From: Candidatus Latescibacterota bacterium
GTDB taxonomy: Bacteria; Latescibacterota; UBA2968; UBA8231
DNA: 64,000 bases
Direction of reading: 5' to 3'
NCBI GenBank assembly: GCA_965223905.1
Contig: CBDCXV010000010.1
Coordinates: 1-64,000 of the forward strand
Under the pieces are notes generated by a model, which did no database searches, was not told where the DNA came from, and worked only from the letters and a program-made list of their open reading frames with translations. Shown here one piece after another: positions 9,787-20,377 of the stretch; position 1 is the first letter of the stretch; the number at the start of each line of letters is the position of its first letter. A program made the translations under genes and the position numbers.

Positions 9787-12579
9787 ATGACAACGACGAC
9801 AGCACCTGAAGAGACCCGGGTCGCCGGCAACGGCGCCTCCAGGGGAAACGGCCGGCCTCCTGCCGGCCAGGTGATCACCATCGACGGCACCGAGGTCGCG
9901 TTCACCGAGGGGGAGACCATCTACGAGGCCGCCACCCGCTGCGGACACGACATCCCCACCCTCTGCTACGACCCGCGCCTGGAACCGTTCGGGGCCTGCC
10001 GGCTGTGCGTCGTCGAAGTCGAGGGAGCTCGCACCCCGGTCGCCTCCTGCACCACGAAGGCGGTGGCCGGCATGTCGGTGCGCACCGCCACCGAAGAGGT
10101 CGAGAAGCACCGCCGCACCCTGCTGGAGATGGTCGCCTCCGAGAACCGGGAGATCGACGTCGACCCCCTGACCTCGTACGCCTCCCAGGAGCTGACCGGC
10201 CTCGTCGACCGCTACGAAGCCCGCAGCGGCCGCTTCGCCGGGGCCAGGTCGGGGACCAGCAAGGAGGACGCCAACCCTTTCCTGCTGCGCGACTACGAGC
10301 AGTGCATCTCCTGTTACCGCTGCGTCCGCGTCTGCGCCGAGCAGGAGGGGGATCACGCCATCAGCGTCATGAACCGCGGCTTCCAGACGCAGATCACCAC
10401 CGAGTTCGACGGCCTGCTCAAGGACTCCTCCTGCACCTTCTGCGGCCAGTGCGTGCAGACCTGCCCCACCGGGGCCCTGGGCGACAAGAAGGCCTTGCGC
10501 TCCGCGGAGCTGCCGGGAGAAATCGAGAAGACGCGCTCGGTCTGCCCGTACTGCGGGGTCGGCTGCTCGGTCGATCTGCTGACCAAGGAGGATGTCCTCG
10601 TCGGCATTCACCCGGCCATGGACGGCCCGGCCAACGAGGGGGCGCTCTGCGTCAAGGGGCAGTTCGCCTTCGATTTCGTCCAGCACGGCGACCGCCTCGC
10701 GCACCCGATGGTCCGCGGCGAGGACGGCGAGCTGCGCGAGACGACCTGGGACGAGGCCCTCGAGCGCGCCGCCGCGGGTTTCCGGCGCGCCGTCGACCGC
10801 TACGGCGAGAACAGCGTCTACGGCATCGCCTCCGGGCGCGCGCCGTCGGAAGCTGCCTACACCATGCAGAAGTTCATCCGCGCCGGGTTCGGCACCAATC
10901 AGATAGACAACTGCAGCCGTGCCTGACACGCTCCCACGGTTGCCGGTCTGGCAGCCACGATAGGGCGCGGCGCCATGTCGAACCCGCTGGCCGACATGAC
11001 GAAACCCGACGTGCTCTTCTGCATCGGGACCAACATGACCGAGTGCCACCCGGTGGCGGCGACGGCGATCAAGAAGGCGATCGCCCGGGGGGCCAGGCTC
11101 ATCGTCGCCGACCCGCGGCGCATTCCGCTGGCCGACATGGCCGACCTCTACCTGCCGCTGCGCGTCGGCTCCGACGTCGCCCTGCTGGCGGCGATGGCCC
11201 ACGTCATCGCCCGCGAGGGGCTCGTCGACGAGGAGTTCATCTCCCGGCGCACCAGCGACAGCGGGGCTTTCTTCGAGCACGTCGGGCGCCTCACCCCGGA
11301 GTGGGCGGAGGCGATCTCCGGGGTGCCCGCGGCCGACATCGAGAAGGCGGCGATCTGGTACGGCGAAGCCGAGCGCGGCGCCATCTTCTACACCCTCGGC
11401 ATCACCGAGCACATCTGCGGCGTCGACAACGTGCGGTCGCTGTGCAACCTGGCGCTGATGACGGGCAACCTCGGCCGCGAGGGGACCGGCATCAATCCGA
11501 TGCGCGGCCAGAACAACATCCAGGGGGCCGGCGACAGCGGCGCCCTGCCCGACAACTACCCCGGCTTCCAGAAGGTCGGGGACCCGGCGAACCGGGAGAA
11601 GTTCAGAAAGCTGTACGGGCGCGAGATCGACGGCGAGCGCGGCATCACCAAGGTGACCGCCCTGGACCGCTGCGGCGACGGCATCCACGCGATGGTCATC
11701 AACGGCGAGAACACCCTGATCTCCGACCCGGACCGCGCCCACTGCCAGCACGCCCTCGAAAGCCTCGACCACCTCGTCGTCATCGACATCTTCCTCACCG
11801 AGACCGCCGAGCTCGCCGATGTCGTCTTCCCGGCGACCGCCTTCGCCGAGACCGACGGGGTCTGCGTCAACACCGAGCGCCGGGTGCAGCGGCTGCGCGC
11901 CGCGGTGCCGCCCCCGGGAGAGGCGAAGCCCGACTGGTGGATCGTCAGCCAGATCGCGCGGCGGATGGGGATTGCCGGCTTCGATCATGCCAGCGCCCGC
12001 GAGGTCTTCAACGAGCTCTGCAGCCTGTCGCCGATCTACGCCGGCCTCGACTGGGACCGCATCGAGCGCAGCGAGTACCAATGGCCGGTGCCGCACAGGG
12101 ATCACCCGGGGACGCCGATCCTGCACGAGGACGAGTTCCCCAACGGCCGCGGCATCTTCAGCCGGGTCGAGTACCGCGACCCGGCCGAGACGATCAGCGC
12201 CGAGTTCCCGGTCTGGCTGACCACGGGACGACGCCTGCCGGCCTACCACACCCGCACCCAGACCGGCCGCGCCCGGGGAATCGACTACCTGCTGTCGGAG
12301 GAATCGCTGGAGGTGCACCCGGAGGACGTCGCCTCCTGGGGGCTGACCGAGGGGGGCTGGTGCCGTATGAGCAGCGCCAGGGGGGAGGTCGACATCAAGG
12401 TGCAGGCGACGGACCGGTCGCCGCGCGGCACGGTGTTCGCGAGCTTCAGCTTCAGCGAGGTGCCGGTGAACGTGCTGACCGGATCCGGGTACGACCCGGT
12501 GACCCACACCGCCGAGCTCAAGGTCTGCCCGGTGCGCGTCGAGCCGCGGTCGGGCCCCGGCGCCAGCACCGGCTCCTGA
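9787..12579 (+). CDS. fdhF: Formate dehydrogenase alpha subunit (Mo/W-bisPGD) with selenocysteine at UGA 10924-10926
   Basis: 2Fe-2S and 4Fe-4S motifs, 'CPYCGVGC', then 'DNCSRA-UGA-HAPTVAGL' in frame with 'PMRGQNNIQG' and the C-terminal molybdopterin dinucleotide domain. The ORF track splits the gene at the UGA. Confidence 0.93.
10927..10956 (+). promoter_or_regulatory. Bacterial SECIS element
   Basis: Hairpin GGTTGCC-GGTCT-GGCAGCC (10938-10956) 11 nt after the UGA, resembling the E. coli fdhF SECIS. Confidence 0.85.
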
Positions 12580-12901
12580 GCGCCGGCCCGCCCGGCTTCC
12601 CGGGGAACGGGTTCCGCGAAAGCAGTCGCGCCCCGATTCCCCTCAGTCCGGCTCCCCGGGGGGCCAGCGCCCAGTTTTGGAAAGGCGCCCAGCGGCTCCT
12701 CTCGACCTTCGAGCCGTGGCCGCCTCCTTGGCGGCGCCTCTGCATGGGCCGCGTGCCCCGGCCCGATTCGGCAAAACCTGGGCGGCCCTCGGCGCAGTAC
12801 CGGTTCACCTCCCACTGCCGGAATCCGGCACCGGGCGGCCTCCAGATTGACCTCCGCTCCGGCTCCCGGCTTACAGGCCCGCTGACCTGCCGGCCGGCCC
12901 T

Positions 12902-13769
12902 CTATCCCTTCCAGGTGCGCAGCGCCCCGCGCCACACCCTTTCGATCTCGCCGCGGGCGACGCAGGCGTCCTTCCAGACGTCGGGGAAGCACTCCAGGGC
13001 GTACCCCGAGCCCTGGGGACCGAGTTCGACGACGCCGTACAGCTCGGTCCCGCTACTTGCCCCCTCCAGCCAGGACTCCAGCATCGGGTGCAGGAAGTGG
13101 TCGCGCCACAGGGCGAAGTCGCGGTCGATGCGGCCGCGGCCGTTGGTCACCGGGGTCTGGCAGTGGCTGCCGGTGAAGGGCCGGAAATGGATCAGCTCCC
13201 CTGCCCTCAGCAGGTCCGGCCTTGCATTTGTCTTGGGCTCCCAGTAGTCGGGGGCGCGCACCTGCTTGATGATGGCGGGATGGGAGTGGTCGAAGTTGAT
13301 GCGCAGCTTCTCCTTGTAGCGGCGCTGGTACGCGTCGGCGAGGGCGAAGGTCTTCTCCGGCGTCTCCGTGCAGGTGTCGCGGTGGACCTCGATGGCCGGC
13401 TGCAGCCCGAGCTTCCCGCCCGCCTTCATCACCGCTCTGGCCACCGGCACCGAGACCTTGAGCTCGGTGTCGTGATCGCAGAGTTGCACGTTGACGTGAA
13501 AGGCCCCGACCTCGACGAACTCCTTGAGGGTCGGCTCGGCCTGCTCCACCTCGGCGATGTCGACGCCGCCGACGTAGACCATCCCGTGTTTCTCGCACGC
13601 CTTCGCCAGGTCGATCGGCCGCGTGGCTGAAACCGGCGAACCCGGCCTCTTTTGCCCGTCTGACCTTGGTCTCCATCGACCAGGGTCGTTTCGCCGACGG
13701 GTAGTTCTGCAGCGTCCAGTTTGCGGCGCACAGGTGCAGCTTCGGTTTTACGGCTTTTTCCTTGGCCAT
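12902..13769 (-). CDS. Xylose-isomerase-like TIM-barrel protein, frameshifted near 13615
   Basis: The N-terminus 'KVRRAKEAGFAGF' and the body 'IEVHRDT...NFDHSH...IHFR...ELGP' are in different frames. Confidence 0.7.
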
Positions 13770-13804
13770 GGCGATCTACTCCCGTTGTCTCAGGTGATGG
13801 GTGC

Positions 13805-14635
13805 TCAGTGCGTGATCCGGCCGGCGCCGGAATAGATGTTGAAGCCGCGTCCGCGCAGGAACCCCAGCAGCGTCATGCCGGCCTCGCACGCCAGATCGAC
13901 GGCCAGGCTCGACGGCGCCGAGACCGCGGCGACCACCGCTATCCCCGCCATTCGCGCCTTCTGCACGATCTCGAAGCTGGTGCGGCCGCTCACCATCAGC
14001 AGGGACTGCTTCGGCGGCAGGCGGTCGCGCAGGAGAAAGGACCCGACGAGCTTGTCGACGGCGTTGTGGCGCCCGACGTCCTCGCGCAGCGCCAGCAGCT
14101 CTCCCCCGCGGTCGAAGAGCCCGGCCGCGTGCAGCGAGCCGGTCTGGTCGAACACCTTCTGCGCCTGCCTCAGCTTGTCGCTCAATCCGTACAGGGTTTC
14201 GGCGTCGATGCGGAAATCCGCGTCCGCGAACGGGGGGGCCTGGGCTGCGATGTGGTCGATGCTCGCCTTGCCGCACACGCCGCAGCTCGAGGAGGCGTAG
14301 AAGTTGCGCTTCAGGCGGTCGAAGTCGAAGCGAACCCCCTCGGCCAGTCTGACCTCGACGATGTTCTCGAGGTTGGGCGGCTCCGCATCCTTGCAGTAGG
14401 AGATCGCCCCCAGCTGTCCGGGTGCGTCGATCAGGCCTTCGGTCAGCAGGAATCCGGCGACCAGGTCGAAGTCGTCGAGGGGGGTGCGCATGATGACGGC
14501 GACCGCCTCCCCGTGCAGGCGGATCTCCAGCGGTTCCTCCACCGTGACCAGGTCCGGCCGCGCCGCATGCTCCCCGCCGCGGTAGTCGACCACCTCCCGC
14601 TCGACGACTCGAACCGGTGTGCGTTCAAGTGTCAT
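13805..14635 (-). CDS. fdhD: Formate dehydrogenase accessory sulfurtransferase
   Basis: 'EEPLEI', 'SSCGVCG', 'EDVGRHNAVDK', 'SGRTSFEIVQKA'. Confidence 0.95.
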   Translation of the reverse strand: MTLERTPVRVVEREVVDYRGGEHAARPDLVTVEEPLEIRLHGEAVAVIMRTPLDDFDLVAGFLLTEGLIDAPGQLGAISYCKDAEPPNLENIVEVRLAEGVRFDFDRLKRNFYASSSCGVCGKASIDHIAAQAPPFADADFRIDAETLYGLSDKLRQAQKVFDQTGSLHAAGLFDRGGELLALREDVGRHNAVDKLVGSFLLRDRLPPKQSLLMVSGRTSFEIVQKARMAGIAVVAAVSAPSSLAVDLACEAGMTLLGFLRGRGFNIYSGAGRITH

Positions 14636-14794
14636 CCTACTGTCGCGTCCCAGGGATAGCTTGTGAAATTCCGAGGCGCCCGGTTCGCAAGGCGCCTGTG
14701 CGAGCCGTGCCGGGGATGTGCCGCGTGTAAACGCAACGCCGCGAGACGCAATGCACCGGCGCCGGAAATTGCAATGGATTACAGGGACGCGGCA

Positions 14795-16255
14795 TTACAT
14801 CGGCCCGACGCGCCGGGGGCCCCGGTCCATTGCCAGCATGGAGGCGTCGAAGCTGCGCTTCATCAGCTCGAGCTTGAGCGGCTGCGCCTCCGGCTCCGAC
14901 CACATGTTCTCGAACTCCTCCGGGTCCTCGTCAAGGTCGTACAGCTCTCCCTCGTCGTGGCCGTGGTAGACGACGAGCTTGTAGCGTTCGTCGCGGTACA
15001 TGGTGGCGAAGGTGCCGTCCGGCAGATCGAGGGCGTCGTAGTACTCGCAGCGCACGAAGTCGCGGTGCTCCACCTCCTCCTCCTCGCCGCGGAGCAGCGG
15101 CAGCAGGGAACGGCCCTGCATGCGCCCGGGCACCTCCAGCCCTGCCAGCTCCAGCAGGGTCGGCGCGATGTCGAGGAGCTCCACCAGGGCGTCGCAGCGC
15201 CGGTCGCTGCGGAACCGCGGCGGGCAGGAGAAGATCAGCGGCACCCGCACCAGCCCCTCGTAGAAACGGCAGCCCTTCTGGATGAGGCCGTGGTCCCCGA
15301 GCATCTCCCCGTGGTCGCTGGTGAAGATGACGACCGTGTCCTCGAGCTGCCCGCTGTCCTCGAGGGCCTCCACGATGTCGCCGACGCGGTCGTCGATCAG
15401 CTCGATCATCGCGTAGTACGCCGCCTGCAGGGTGCGGGCGTCGTGGTCGGCGAAATCCCCGTCCGCCGGCGCCGCCGCTCCCTGCCCCGGAGTCTTCGGC
15501 GTCAGCGGATTCCGGATGTCGAGCTGGTCGGGGCGGCGCCCCTTTGACTGAAAATCGACCGCGGCGAGGCGCTGCTGCTGCTCAAGGTCGCTTTCGGCGA
15601 ACAGCGGCCCGGGCATGCGCTCGCGGTCGAAGCGGTCGCGGTACTTCCTGGGCGGGTTGAAGGGCGGATGCGGGTCGTAGATGTTGACGCTCGCCAGCCA
15701 CGGCCCCTGCCGTTCCCCGGTGATGAACTCGATCGTCTTTTCGGCGCACCAGGTGGTCTGGTACAGCTCCGCCGGGACCCCGTCCCGGTCGGCGATCAGG
15801 TTGCCGAGGACCTCTCCCTTCGAACGCACCCAGTCGGCGTAGTCGTGCCCCTGCTCCCAGTCGTCGCGCGGCGCGTGGCTGTACTGCCAGTAGCGGTAGC
15901 CGTCGTCGGTGCGCGGCTCGATGCGGCCGCTGGCGCTCGCCAGGTGCAGCTTGCCGATCAGGCCGCAGTCGTACCCGGCGTTGGCGAGCGTTCTGGTGAC
16001 CAGCTCGGGCGCCTCGGGGGGAAAGGACTCGTTGCCGTTTCCCAGCACATGCACGGCGCTCGGGTAGCGGCCGGTCAGGAAGCTCGCCCGGCTCGGAGTG
16101 CAGATCGGGCTCTGGCAGTAGGCGCGGGTGAAGCTGACGCCGCTGCGCACGAGCCTGTCGATGTTGGGAGTCGCGACCAGCCTGTTGCCGAGCGCGCCGA
16201 TGGTGTCGTAGCGCTGCTGGTCGGTGCAGATCCAGAGAATGTTGGGGCGTTTCAT
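14795..16255 (-). CDS. Formylglycine-dependent sulfatase
   Basis: 'PNILWICTDQ', 'CTPSRASFLTGRY', 'SDHGEMLGDHG'. Confidence 0.93.
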   Translation of the reverse strand: MKRPNILWICTDQQRYDTIGALGNRLVATPNIDRLVRSGVSFTRAYCQSPICTPSRASFLTGRYPSAVHVLGNGNESFPPEAPELVTRTLANAGYDCGLIGKLHLASASGRIEPRTDDGYRYWQYSHAPRDDWEQGHDYADWVRSKGEVLGNLIADRDGVPAELYQTTWCAEKTIEFITGERQGPWLASVNIYDPHPPFNPPRKYRDRFDRERMPGPLFAESDLEQQQRLAAVDFQSKGRRPDQLDIRNPLTPKTPGQGAAAPADGDFADHDARTLQAAYYAMIELIDDRVGDIVEALEDSGQLEDTVVIFTSDHGEMLGDHGLIQKGCRFYEGLVRVPLIFSCPPRFRSDRRCDALVELLDIAPTLLELAGLEVPGRMQGRSLLPLLRGEEEEVEHRDFVRCEYYDALDLPDGTFATMYRDERYKLVVYHGHDEGELYDLDEDPEEFENMWSEPEAQPLKLELMKRSFDASMLAMDRGPRRVGPM

Positions 16256-16345
16256 CCTGTCTTTGGTGTCCTTCGGGGGGGCGAACCGCTGGAATATAGG
16301 TTGGGCAACCCTGCCTGCAATCGCCTCGCGGCAGCCCGGGGCGCT

Positions 16346-17665
16346 TCAGCTTTCGGGACCGAAGCGCTCCCGCACCAGCTCGAGGGCGGCCTCGCGGGAG
16401 CGGACCGCGCCCTCGAGCTGGGCGTCCTCCACCGCGGTGAGGATCTCCTTGAACCGGGGGCCCGGAACAAACCCCATGGCGATGAGGTCGGCGCCGCTGA
16501 TCAGGGGGGGCGGCTCGAGGTCCTCCCTGCCCTCCTGCTCGAGCCGCTCGCTGCAGAAATCGTGCAGGTCGAGCATCCCGTGGCTGGCGAGGCAGTCGAT
16601 GCGGTGCAGCTCGAGCAGCTCCGGGAAGTACTCCTCGCGCAGGAAGCGCTTGAGCTTGCTCGGACGCATCTCTCTGACGTTGCGGAAGCGCATGTGGTGC
16701 GCTGTGAGCTCCCCGATCCGCTCGATGTCGGCGTTGGCCATCCGCAGGCGCCGGCATATGTCGCCGGCCATCCTGGCGCCCACCGCCTCGTGCTTGTTGA
16801 AGCGGATGCGGTCGGCGACCGAATAGGTGGGCGGCTTGCCGACGTCGTGCAGGAGCACCCCCCAGGCCAGGGTCCGGGTCGGGTCCTGCAGTTGCTCGAG
16901 CATCATGCGCACGTGGGTCCAGACGTCCCCTTCCGGATGGAACTCCGGCGGCTGGGGGACCCCCTCCATTTTTGCCACCTCCGGCAGGATCGCCCCCATC
17001 AGGCCGAGGTCCATGAGCAGCTGCACTCCCGCGGCCGCGCCCCCTTCTGTAAGGATCATGGTCAGCTCGTCGCGGATCCGTTCGGCACTGACCGCCCCGA
17101 TCCGCACCGCCCCGGCGCGGATCGCAGCCAGGGTCCCGGGTTCGATGGCGAAGCCGAGGCGGGCGGCGAAGCGGACCGCCCTCAGCATGCGCAGGTAATC
17201 CTCCGAGAAACGCTGGTCCGGGTCCCCGATGGCGCGGATCAGCCGCTTCTCGATGTCCTCGCGGCCCCCGACGTAGTCGATGACGCGGCCAGCGGCGGCG
17301 GCGTAGAACATGCCGTTCATGGTGAAGTCCCGGCGCCGGGCGTCCGCCTCGGGGCCGGCGAACTCCACTTCCCGGGGGCGGCGGCCGTCCTCGTATTCGC
17401 CGTCCTTGCGGAAACGGGCCACCTCGTAGCAGCCGTCGTCGAGAAGGACGGTGACGATGCCGAACCTGGCGCCGATGGCCAGGGTGCGGTCGAAGAGGCG
17501 CCTCACCGCGTCCGGACCGGCATCGGTGGCGACGTCCCAGTCCTTGGGCTCGAGGCCCATCAGGAGGTCGCGCACGCAGCCGCCGTTCAGATAGGCCTGA
17601 TACCCGTGGCCGTTCAGGGTGCGCAGGATGCGCAGCGCCCCCGGCTTTACGTCGTCGTTGTTCAC
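16346..17665 (-). CDS. cca: CCA tRNA nucleotidyltransferase with HD domain
   Basis: 'GGCVRD..KDWDVAT', 'RRDFTMN', 'EDYLRMLRAVRF', 'HDVGKP'. GTG start at 17665 is assumed. Confidence 0.88.
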   Translation of the reverse strand: MNNDDVKPGALRILRTLNGHGYQAYLNGGCVRDLLMGLEPKDWDVATDAGPDAVRRLFDRTLAIGARFGIVTVLLDDGCYEVARFRKDGEYEDGRRPREVEFAGPEADARRRDFTMNGMFYAAAAGRVIDYVGGREDIEKRLIRAIGDPDQRFSEDYLRMLRAVRFAARLGFAIEPGTLAAIRAGAVRIGAVSAERIRDELTMILTEGGAAAGVQLLMDLGLMGAILPEVAKMEGVPQPPEFHPEGDVWTHVRMMLEQLQDPTRTLAWGVLLHDVGKPPTYSVADRIRFNKHEAVGARMAGDICRRLRMANADIERIGELTAHHMRFRNVREMRPSKLKRFLREEYFPELLELHRIDCLASHGMLDLHDFCSERLEQEGREDLEPPPLISGADLIAMGFVPGPRFKEILTAVEDAQLEGAVRSREAALELVRERFGPES

Positions 17666-17750
17666 ACTGAAAAAGGTATCGCCTCGGGGACGGATTGACA
17701 CATCGCCGAAGGCCCGCTTACCGTAGCGCCGGACCGTTCACCGGAATCGA

Positions 17751-18356
17751 ATGGAGACGAAAATGACCAGGGTGCGGCGCGCCCTCGTAAGCACCGCGGA
17801 CAGGACCGGGGTCGCGGAGCTGGCGCAGGGGCTGGTAGAGCTCGGGGTGGAGATCCTCTCGACCGGTGGGACCGGTGCGGCCTTGAGGGAAGCGGGGATA
17901 CCGGTGACCGAGGTCGCCGGGGTGACCGGATTTCCCGAGATCCTCGACGGCCGCGTCAAGACCCTGCACCCGCGCATCCACGCCGGACTGCTGGCCCTGC
18001 GCGGCAACGACGGGCACCTGGCGACCTTGCGCGAGCACGGCATCGAGCCCATCGACCTGGTCTGCGTCAACCTCTACCCGTTCGAACGGACCATCGGCCG
18101 CCCCGGCTGCACCCTCGCCGAGGCGATCGAGCAGATCGACATCGGCGGCCCCTGCATGCTGCGTTCCGCGGCCAAGAACTGCGAGTCGATCTACGTGCTG
18201 AGCTCCCCGGACCAGTACGGGGAGGCACTGGAAAAGCTGCGGGGCTCCGGCGGCGTCATCGACCCGGAGTACGGACGCCGGCTGGCGCTGGAGGCGTACC
18301 GGCGCACGGCCCGCTACGACCGCGCCATCGCCTCCTACCTTGCGGAGCAGGAGTGA
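17751..18356 (+). CDS. IMP cyclohydrolase (PurH N-terminal MGS domain only)
   Basis: 'RALVS..STGGT..GRVKTLHP..VNLYPF..IDIGGP'; ends at 201 aa with no transformylase domain. Confidence 0.88.
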   Translation: METKMTRVRRALVSTADRTGVAELAQGLVELGVEILSTGGTGAALREAGIPVTEVAGVTGFPEILDGRVKTLHPRIHAGLLALRGNDGHLATLREHGIEPIDLVCVNLYPFERTIGRPGCTLAEAIEQIDIGGPCMLRSAAKNCESIYVLSSPDQYGEALEKLRGSGGVIDPEYGRRLALEAYRRTARYDRAIASYLAEQE

Positions 18357-18386
18357 GCGGATGCCGCGGCGGGCGGTCCCTGCCGC

Positions 18387-18688
18387 TCAGACCCGGCGGC
18401 CCGACCAGCGCCCCTTCCAGTACTCGCCGAGACCGACTTCCCCTTCGATGCGGTCCCCGCTCGCCTTGCCGGTGAAGCGGTAGGTGGCGCCGACCCCCTG
18501 GTACTGGATGTCGACGCTCATGTCGATATCCCCTCCATCCGCCCTGCCGCCGACTTCGTGCTCCCCGTACTGGGAGCGATACCTTCCGGATATCACTGAT
18601 CCGGCCTGGTTCAGGCGGGCCCCGTGACGGGCCCTGCCGCCAGAGGAAGTCGACGTCGATCTTCCCACTCGCCGCTGAAGATGGCCAT
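18387..18688 (-). CDS. Small beta-rich hypothetical protein, probably frameshifted near the 5' end
   Basis: 'MAIFSGEW' precedes an ORF ending 'EVGLGEYWKGRWSGRRV'. Confidence 0.4.
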
Positions 18689-18739
18689 TGGATCCACCCC
18701 TTTCTATTTCTTCAAAAATCTATCAGGATATCGGCACAG

Positions 18740-18792
18740 TAGGTGATAGATTTCATACCACATACATTTGACAATGTCCAATCTATACCTAA
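18740..18792 (+). promoter_or_regulatory. AbiE promoter with imperfect inverted repeat
   Basis: TAGGTGATAGATT ... AATCTATACCTA flanking TTGACA (18768-18773). AbiEi proteins are known to autoregulate through promoter inverted repeats. Confidence 0.5.
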
Positions 18793-18831
18793 ATTTTTAT
18801 AAAAGCGCTGTATGTAGCTTGAAAAAGGCCG

Positions 18832-19665
18832 ATGACTAGCACGAAGCCTAAGCAATCCCTGGTGGGAATCGAGATGGTCAGACTGCTTGCATATGAGGGA
18901 GACCGCATCTTCTCGACAGACCGAGCCAGGGAACTGGCCCCTCGCGTAGGCCTCAAGGGCCCTTACCTCCGGGAGGCCCTCTATCACCTCCGGAAAAACG
19001 GTTGGATCGTCCCGTTGCGCCGCGGCCTCTACGCGCTGTCTTCTACGGTCCCCGGCATTACGTCCGCCCACGAGTTCGAGATCGCCATGTTCCTGACCGA
19101 TTCCGCCGCCATCTCGCACTGGTCGGCCCTCCACTATCATGGCCTGACGGAACAGGCGCCCCGAAAGATATTCGTGCTCACGACAACGGAGGTCTCGGTT
19201 CCCCGCATGCGGGGGGCTGAGACCAGGCACACTGAAGGCGGCTTTCTGGTAGGAGACACGACGTACCAGTTCATCCAGGTAAGGCCAGCGCGCTTCTTCG
19301 GTACGAAGAAGGTGTGGGTGGGCGATGCCCGGATATCGATTACCGACCCGGAGCGCACGCTGCTTGACGGCCTCTCAATGCCCCGGTACTGCGGTGACTT
19401 CGCCGAGGTTCTCCACGCCTTCCAGGCAGGAATGGACAAACTGGACATCAAGCGGATCACCCAATACGCCGTCCAGTTGGACACCGCGACTGCCAAGCGC
19501 CTGGGGTGGGTCCTTGAACACCATGATTACCATGGCTCGGCGATTGACTGGCTGGCAGCGCTTCCCATCAAGGGCTTCCGCAAGCTCGACCCTACCGGAC
19601 CGAGGAGTGGGCCATGCAACAGTCGTTGGATGATCCAGGAGAACCTTCCGGGGATGATTTTTTGA
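18832..19665 (+). CDS. abiEi: Type IV TA antitoxin AbiEi (transcriptional regulator)
   Basis: wHTH 'GWIVPLRRGLY', 'ISHWSALHYHGLTEQ', 'TDPERTLLD'. Confidence 0.88.
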   Translation: MTSTKPKQSLVGIEMVRLLAYEGDRIFSTDRARELAPRVGLKGPYLREALYHLRKNGWIVPLRRGLYALSSTVPGITSAHEFEIAMFLTDSAAISHWSALHYHGLTEQAPRKIFVLTTTEVSVPRMRGAETRHTEGGFLVGDTTYQFIQVRPARFFGTKKVWVGDARISITDPERTLLDGLSMPRYCGDFAEVLHAFQAGMDKLDIKRITQYAVQLDTATAKRLGWVLEHHDYHGSAIDWLAALPIKGFRKLDPTGPRSGPCNSRWMIQENLPGMIF

Positions 19666-20203
19666 TGAGGCCCCTTTATACACGCCTGCAGGAAGCACGC
19701 CGGGGTCTCGCCATTCCGTGGGAGATCCTTGAGCGGGACTACCTGCTGTCCTGGGTTCTGGCCGGGATCGGCCAGGCGCCGGCGCTCCGCGATACGCTGG
19801 TCTTCAAGGGCGGCACGGCCCTCAGGAAGTGCTACTTCGGGGACCACCGTTTCTCTGAGCGATTCTTCAGCAGGCGGCCATGCTCGAGAGGCGCGGTTGG
19901 AGCCGCTCGCGGGCACGCGACTACTACGACCTCTGGCGAGTTCTCGGTTCCTGCAAGGACCGGATGGACCTGAGTGGCTTCGACTCCCTACTGCATGAGA
20001 AGTGTGCCTTGCGCGGTGTCGCCTTTGAGGGCCCGGATGATTTCTTCCATGCCCGAATGCTTGCCGAGGTCGAACGGACATGGGACAAATGGCTTGGCCC
20101 GCTAGTGCCGGGACTGCCCTCATTCGGGACGGTAATCAAGGGCCTGCGCCCACAGGTGGCGGCCCTTGTCCACCCCAGCCGGTTGCCGGGGGATGCCTCG
20201 TGA
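19665..20203 (+). pseudogene. abiEii: AbiEii nucleotidyltransferase toxin with an internal deletion
   Basis: 'LERDYLLSW..LVFKGGTALRKCYF..RFSE' joins out of frame to 'AILQ..RARDYYDLW'; the DLD catalytic segment is missing. Confidence 0.82.
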
Positions 20204-20377
20204 GCATTGCCAACTCCAAAGGTAGTGTTGTCGAGTCGGGCCTCTCACGAAACTTACACCATAGGGTGGATTTGGATTGTAACTGATTCTTTAATAAGTG
20301 CGGTGCCCAGCACTATCTCGGACCAATAGAAACCCTGTCCCCGCCCCGGCGAGACCGCACCGACCGAGCAGACGGAC

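Noticed and set aside
10924-10926. FDH nonsense mutation or pseudogene
   Set aside because: The UGA is at the Sec position, has a SECIS, and the frame continues.
12580-12900. ncRNA in the GC-rich gap after FDH
   Set aside because: No convincing repeat or family motif; pairing is expected at this GC content.
8102-13247. Long alternative ORFs (9268..12507 -, 10005..13247 +, 8102..9805 -)
   Set aside because: These are shadow frames of high-GC FDH genes with no recognisable motifs.
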